Positions 61,050 through 64,000 of a DNA stretch of 64,000 nucleotides are shown here, piece by piece. Source of the DNA: Methylomarinum vadi (lineage in GTDB: Bacteria; Pseudomonadota; Gammaproteobacteria; Methylococcales; Methylomonadaceae); contig NZ_JPON01000001.1 of NCBI RefSeq assembly GCF_000733935.1, positions 3,482,623 to 3,546,622 of the forward strand, written 5' to 3'. Every line of letters begins with the position of its first letter. Within the stretch, counting starts at the first letter, position 1. Made by a program: the position numbers and the translations under genes. The notes beneath the pieces are model-generated. The model did not search any database. It had not been told where the DNA came from and saw only the letters and a program-made list of their open reading frames with translations.

Positions 61050-61953
61050 TTGACCGCCCCCCAGTCGATGTCGAAGCCATTCATTAAGGCATTAATCAAC
61101 TGGCCGGTATTTTGATTCGTGCCGTCGGTCAGGTGAGTATAGCGGGCAGTGGTGAGGATACTGTGGTGACCGAGGATTTTCTGCACTTCCAGTAGATCGA
61201 CGCCCGCTTCAATCAAATGTGTGGCATAGCTATGCCGCAGACAGTGCGGGGTAATCTTTTTTTTAAACCGCAGTCTTGCGCGACTTGGCGCAGAGCCTTT
61301 TGCACGCCACCGCGATCCAAAGGGCTCTGCGCGCGCTGCGCGCCCTTCAAACCGCCATGGCGATTGGGAAACAACATGACCGGATGCCGGTGAACTTGCC
61401 AGAAGCGGCGTAGCAAATCCAGGGTGGCAGCCGGCAACGGCACCAGTCTATCCTTATTGCCCTTGGCATCTCGGATATGCACGCGTTGGCGACCGGCATC
61501 GATATCCCCAACCTCAAGACGCAATCCCTCGCCGAGGCGCAAACCTAGACTGTAGAGCGTGAAAAAGAACACCCGGTAACTGAGAATACGCGTGGACTGG
61601 AAGATACACCGCGCCTCGTCGACAGTGACGATATCCGGCAAACGTTGCGCCTTCGGCGGCTTGACCAACTGCGGCGCGACCCAAGGCTTGCGCAGTACAT
61701 GGGTGTAATAAAACTTGAGACCGTACAGGTCCAACTTGACCGCACTCCAAGAATGCGACTCCAGCAAATCGGTGAAATAATCGGTCAGTTGCTGTTCGGT
61801 CAACGCATTGATGTCTTCGTTGAAATACTGGCCGATACGTCGAATCGCACGGGCATAGGCCTCGATCGTCTTGGGCTGCAACCCTTTAAGTTTGAGGTGT
61901 TTCAGATGGCTTTGATAGTTTTGCTTGAAATGGGGTTCGAATGATGTTGTCAT
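61046..61953 (-). CDS. Tyrosine recombinase of IS91-family element copy 2 (same A8 frameshift site at ~61257-61264)
   Basis: Identical to copy 1. Confidence 0.65.
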
Positions 61954-62069
61954 TGTCGCGTAACCTCATGATTCGTCATGGAATAATCCCTCTTAAAAGA
62001 GGGCGTGAGATTACATTTTATAAATTACCGGCTACTGCCGCTTTTCTCCGCGTTAGCGGCTTCGTCCAA

Positions 62070-63038
62070 CTATTCGTTCTCGTCCTCGTCGGATACCTTG
62101 ATCACGATATTGACGCGGCGGTTTTTTTGCCGGCCTTGTTCGCTGGCGTTGTCGGCCACCGGTTTGGTATCGGCATAGGTGACCGCTCGCATGCGCGCGG
62201 CGTCGATTTGCTGCGAGGCCAGAAAATGCAGCACGCTGGTGGCCCTGGCCGCCCCCAGTTCCCAATTGGAGGGAAATTGGGCCGTCTTTATCGGACGGTT
62301 ATCGGTATGCCCCTCTATATAAATCAATCCCTTAGCTTGTTTCAGCAGCGGAGTCAATTTGCTCAAGACGGCGCGGCCCGATTCGGTCAGGGCTGCTTCC
62401 GATGATTGGTAGAGAATATTGTCTTGTATTTCCAGTTGGGCGTAACCCTGAGTGACGGTCATGTTGATGCTGTTGTTCAGCCCTAACTGTTCCAGCTGTT
62501 GTTGCAATTGCTGTTGGCTTGCTTGTTCAGGCGGGGGCTCTGTCGGTTGCATTTGTTCGACGGATTCCGTTACTTCCTGACTCGGTAGCGCCCGTTCCTC
62601 GGTGACTGCGGGTTCTTCTACCGGTTCGACAACGGATGGCGCTACCTCTATGGCTGCGTTTTCTGCCGGCTCGACGGGAATCGGTGCAACGGGTTCGATT
62701 TCGGCGGTGGAATCTTCGGTTTCCGGCGCAGCCGTTTCGGACTCGGGCGCGGCTGGTTCGACTGGCGCTTGCTCGGGCGTTGTTTCCCTTTCGGCCTTTG
62801 CGGAGGCGGCCGCCTCGGGAGGGGCGGGGGCAGTCACGGTCGCAAGGGCGTCGCGTGCCTGACTCGGGACCGGCTCGAAACTGCTCAGGGCAACCAGCGT
62901 GACCACCAGCATCACGACCAAGACGAAGACATCGATATAGGTCAGCAACCAATTCGGTGGATGGCGTCTGTCGCTCAGGCTAAGCAATTCGTCGATGCTC
63001 TGCGATGATTCGAGGCGGGAAAAGGATGGCCGGGGCAT
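62070..63038 (-). CDS. MotB/OmpA-family peptidoglycan-anchoring protein with a long acidic Pro/Ala/Glu-rich linker
   Basis: N-terminal TM; C-terminal OmpA-like IEGHTDNRPI...NWELGAARA; its stop codon abuts the IS91 boundary. Confidence 0.75.
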   Translation of the reverse strand: MPRPSFSRLESSQSIDELLSLSDRRHPPNWLLTYIDVFVLVVMLVVTLVALSSFEPVPSQARDALATVTAPAPPEAAASAKAERETTPEQAPVEPAAPESETAAPETEDSTAEIEPVAPIPVEPAENAAIEVAPSVVEPVEEPAVTEERALPSQEVTESVEQMQPTEPPPEQASQQQLQQQLEQLGLNNSINMTVTQGYAQLEIQDNILYQSSEAALTESGRAVLSKLTPLLKQAKGLIYIEGHTDNRPIKTAQFPSNWELGAARATSVLHFLASQQIDAARMRAVTYADTKPVADNASEQGRQKNRRVNIVIKVSDEDENE

Positions 63039-63045
63039 GGTTTGG

Positions 63046-63903
63046 TTATCTTTTGGTATTTTCCTTCAATTCATCGTCATAATGGGCGATGAAGGAACTG
63101 AGGGTTTCACGAACGAAAGACGGGGCGCGGCGTTCGGCGATCAAGGTAATGCCTTCCATGATCATACTCATGATCATGATGCGCTGTTCCGTTCGGCGTT
63201 CCAGTTTGATGGCGATGGGGTTGAATACCAGGTTGGCTAGCATCAAACCGTAAAAGGTCGTGGTCAGGGCAATCGCCATGTTGGCGGTGAGTGAACTGAT
63301 GTCCTTGATTTCGATGATTTGCAACATGTTGATCAGGCCGACCAAGGTTCCCAGCATGCCGAAGGCGGGGGCAAAGGCGGCCATGCTGTGGAAAATGCTG
63401 GATTCTGCTCTTTCCTTGGCGCGCAGGCGCGAAATGCGCCATTTCAACAAGGCCAGGATATCGTCGAGCGGAGTGTTGTCGACGATTAATTGGAAACTGG
63501 TTTTTAAGTAAGGATTGTTGATGGAATCGATGACATTCTCTATCGCGATGGTGTCGCGGTTGAACCACATCCTGGCGACGGCGGCGATTTCATCGGCTTC
63601 CCGTTGCGGATTCAGGCTTTCGTATAAAAATACCAGCTTGATCGATTTGATGGCGCGTTTGACATCGTGTAGCGGATAGCTGAGCAAGGCGGCGGCGATG
63701 GTTCCAACAAGGACAATCGTTAGACCTGGCCAGTTGATGAAGGTGTCGGGGTCATTGGCGGCAAAGTAAATAATGAAAAAGAGTAGGGCCAGGCTTAACA
63801 ATAAGCCCAGTACCGTCGAATAATTTAGCGCCGGTTGTTGGTTCAAGGAGGCAAACAGCCAGTTACGATTTTTCATGAAAAAATCATAGCATAACTTTTG
63901 CAC
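63046..63903 (-). CDS. MotA/TolQ/ExbB-family proton-channel protein
   Basis: Polytopic; conserved C-terminal TM3/TM4 motif (AFAPAFGMLGTLVGLINM). Confidence 0.8.
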   Translation of the reverse strand: MQKLCYDFFMKNRNWLFASLNQQPALNYSTVLGLLLSLALLFFIIYFAANDPDTFINWPGLTIVLVGTIAAALLSYPLHDVKRAIKSIKLVFLYESLNPQREADEIAAVARMWFNRDTIAIENVIDSINNPYLKTSFQLIVDNTPLDDILALLKWRISRLRAKERAESSIFHSMAAFAPAFGMLGTLVGLINMLQIIEIKDISSLTANMAIALTTTFYGLMLANLVFNPIAIKLERRTEQRIMIMSMIMEGITLIAERRAPSFVRETLSSFIAHYDDELKENTKR

Positions 63904-64000
63904 GAAAATAGGCTATGATTAGGTTTCAAGAGTAATATGGATAAATCCGTAAAGAAATCGGTAAATACTTGATTTGCCATGCAGGGGATCCATGGGATGG

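Larger units (their letters stand above)
59641..62070 (-). mobile_element. IS91-family element, copy 2 (identical to 35105..37534)
   Basis: Exact 2430-bp repeat; flanks differ. Confidence 0.75.

Noticed and set aside
35105-62070. The 24.5-kb segment between the two IS91 copies as a composite transposon or island
   Set aside because: The segment holds core genes in conserved synteny (cysS–ppiA–lpxH, fchA, signalling clusters), and each IS copy has independent flanks. It is better read as two independent insertions.
1-64000. CRISPR arrays, rRNA, tRNA or tmRNA genes, and integron attC or phage att sites
   Set aside because: I found no regularly spaced direct repeats and no tRNA-like cloverleaf candidates in the long intergenic regions I read by eye (11.8–12.4 kb, 13.2–13.8 kb, 16.9–17.2 kb, 55.5–55.9 kb). 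A tRNAscan or Infernal run would be needed to be sure.

Overview
This 64 kb window looks like chromosome from a gammaproteobacterial methylotroph or methanotroph. The evidence is a complete pqqABCDE operon, a bacteriohemerythrin, an FchA-like cyclohydrolase and the cysS–ppiA–lpxH core block. Housekeeping regions alternate with two accessory regions.

Region A (1–14.3 kb) is a defence and toxin–antitoxin island. It holds the 3' end of a type I R-M hsdS gene, an unknown gene truncated by a 144-bp MITE, and a McrBC system whose McrB has a long N-terminal reader region. It also holds a twice-frameshifted HipA-like kinase gene beside an intact DUF3037 gene, and an AEP-primase–SF2-helicase fusion gene split by a 1745-bp IS1182-family element with a 4-bp TSD. 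Two type II TA modules (vapBC, and GNAT/DUF1778) with long AT-rich spacers close the island.

The middle (14.3–33.4 kb) is housekeeping. It contains a DASS transporter, a GGDEF protein, pqqABCDE (pqqA is missed by the ORF track), a cytochrome c / metallophosphoesterase / di-haem peroxidase cluster divergent from oxyR, trkHA, a hemerythrin, an SPFH–SHOCT plus zinc-ribbon gene pair, and a gamma carbonic anhydrase.

Region B (33.4–41.9 kb) is accessory. It holds an AT-rich two-gene cassette of unknown function (one protein with a PD-(D/E)xK-like motif), a 2430-bp IS91-family element, two small AT-rich genes, parDE, and an RsbW-like/STAS pair. A second IS1182 copy sits between that pair and the adjacent ABC operon. 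The IS91 element encodes a HUH transposase and an upstream tyrosine-recombinase gene that needs a -1 frameshift on an A8 run.

From 41.9 to 49 kb there is an unusual operon. A GlnPQ-like amino-acid ABC transporter (a triple SBD–permease fusion, with an RsbW-like domain fused to the ATPase) sits with a Cache–HAMP–PP2C phosphatase.

Then follow a c-di-GMP and two-component signalling cluster, fchA-like, cysS, ppiA and lpxH. A second, identical IS91 copy lies 24,536 bp from the first in direct orientation, followed by a MotA/MotB-like pair.

I saw no CRISPR array, rRNA or tRNA. Coordinates I derived by hand may be off by 1–2 nt.
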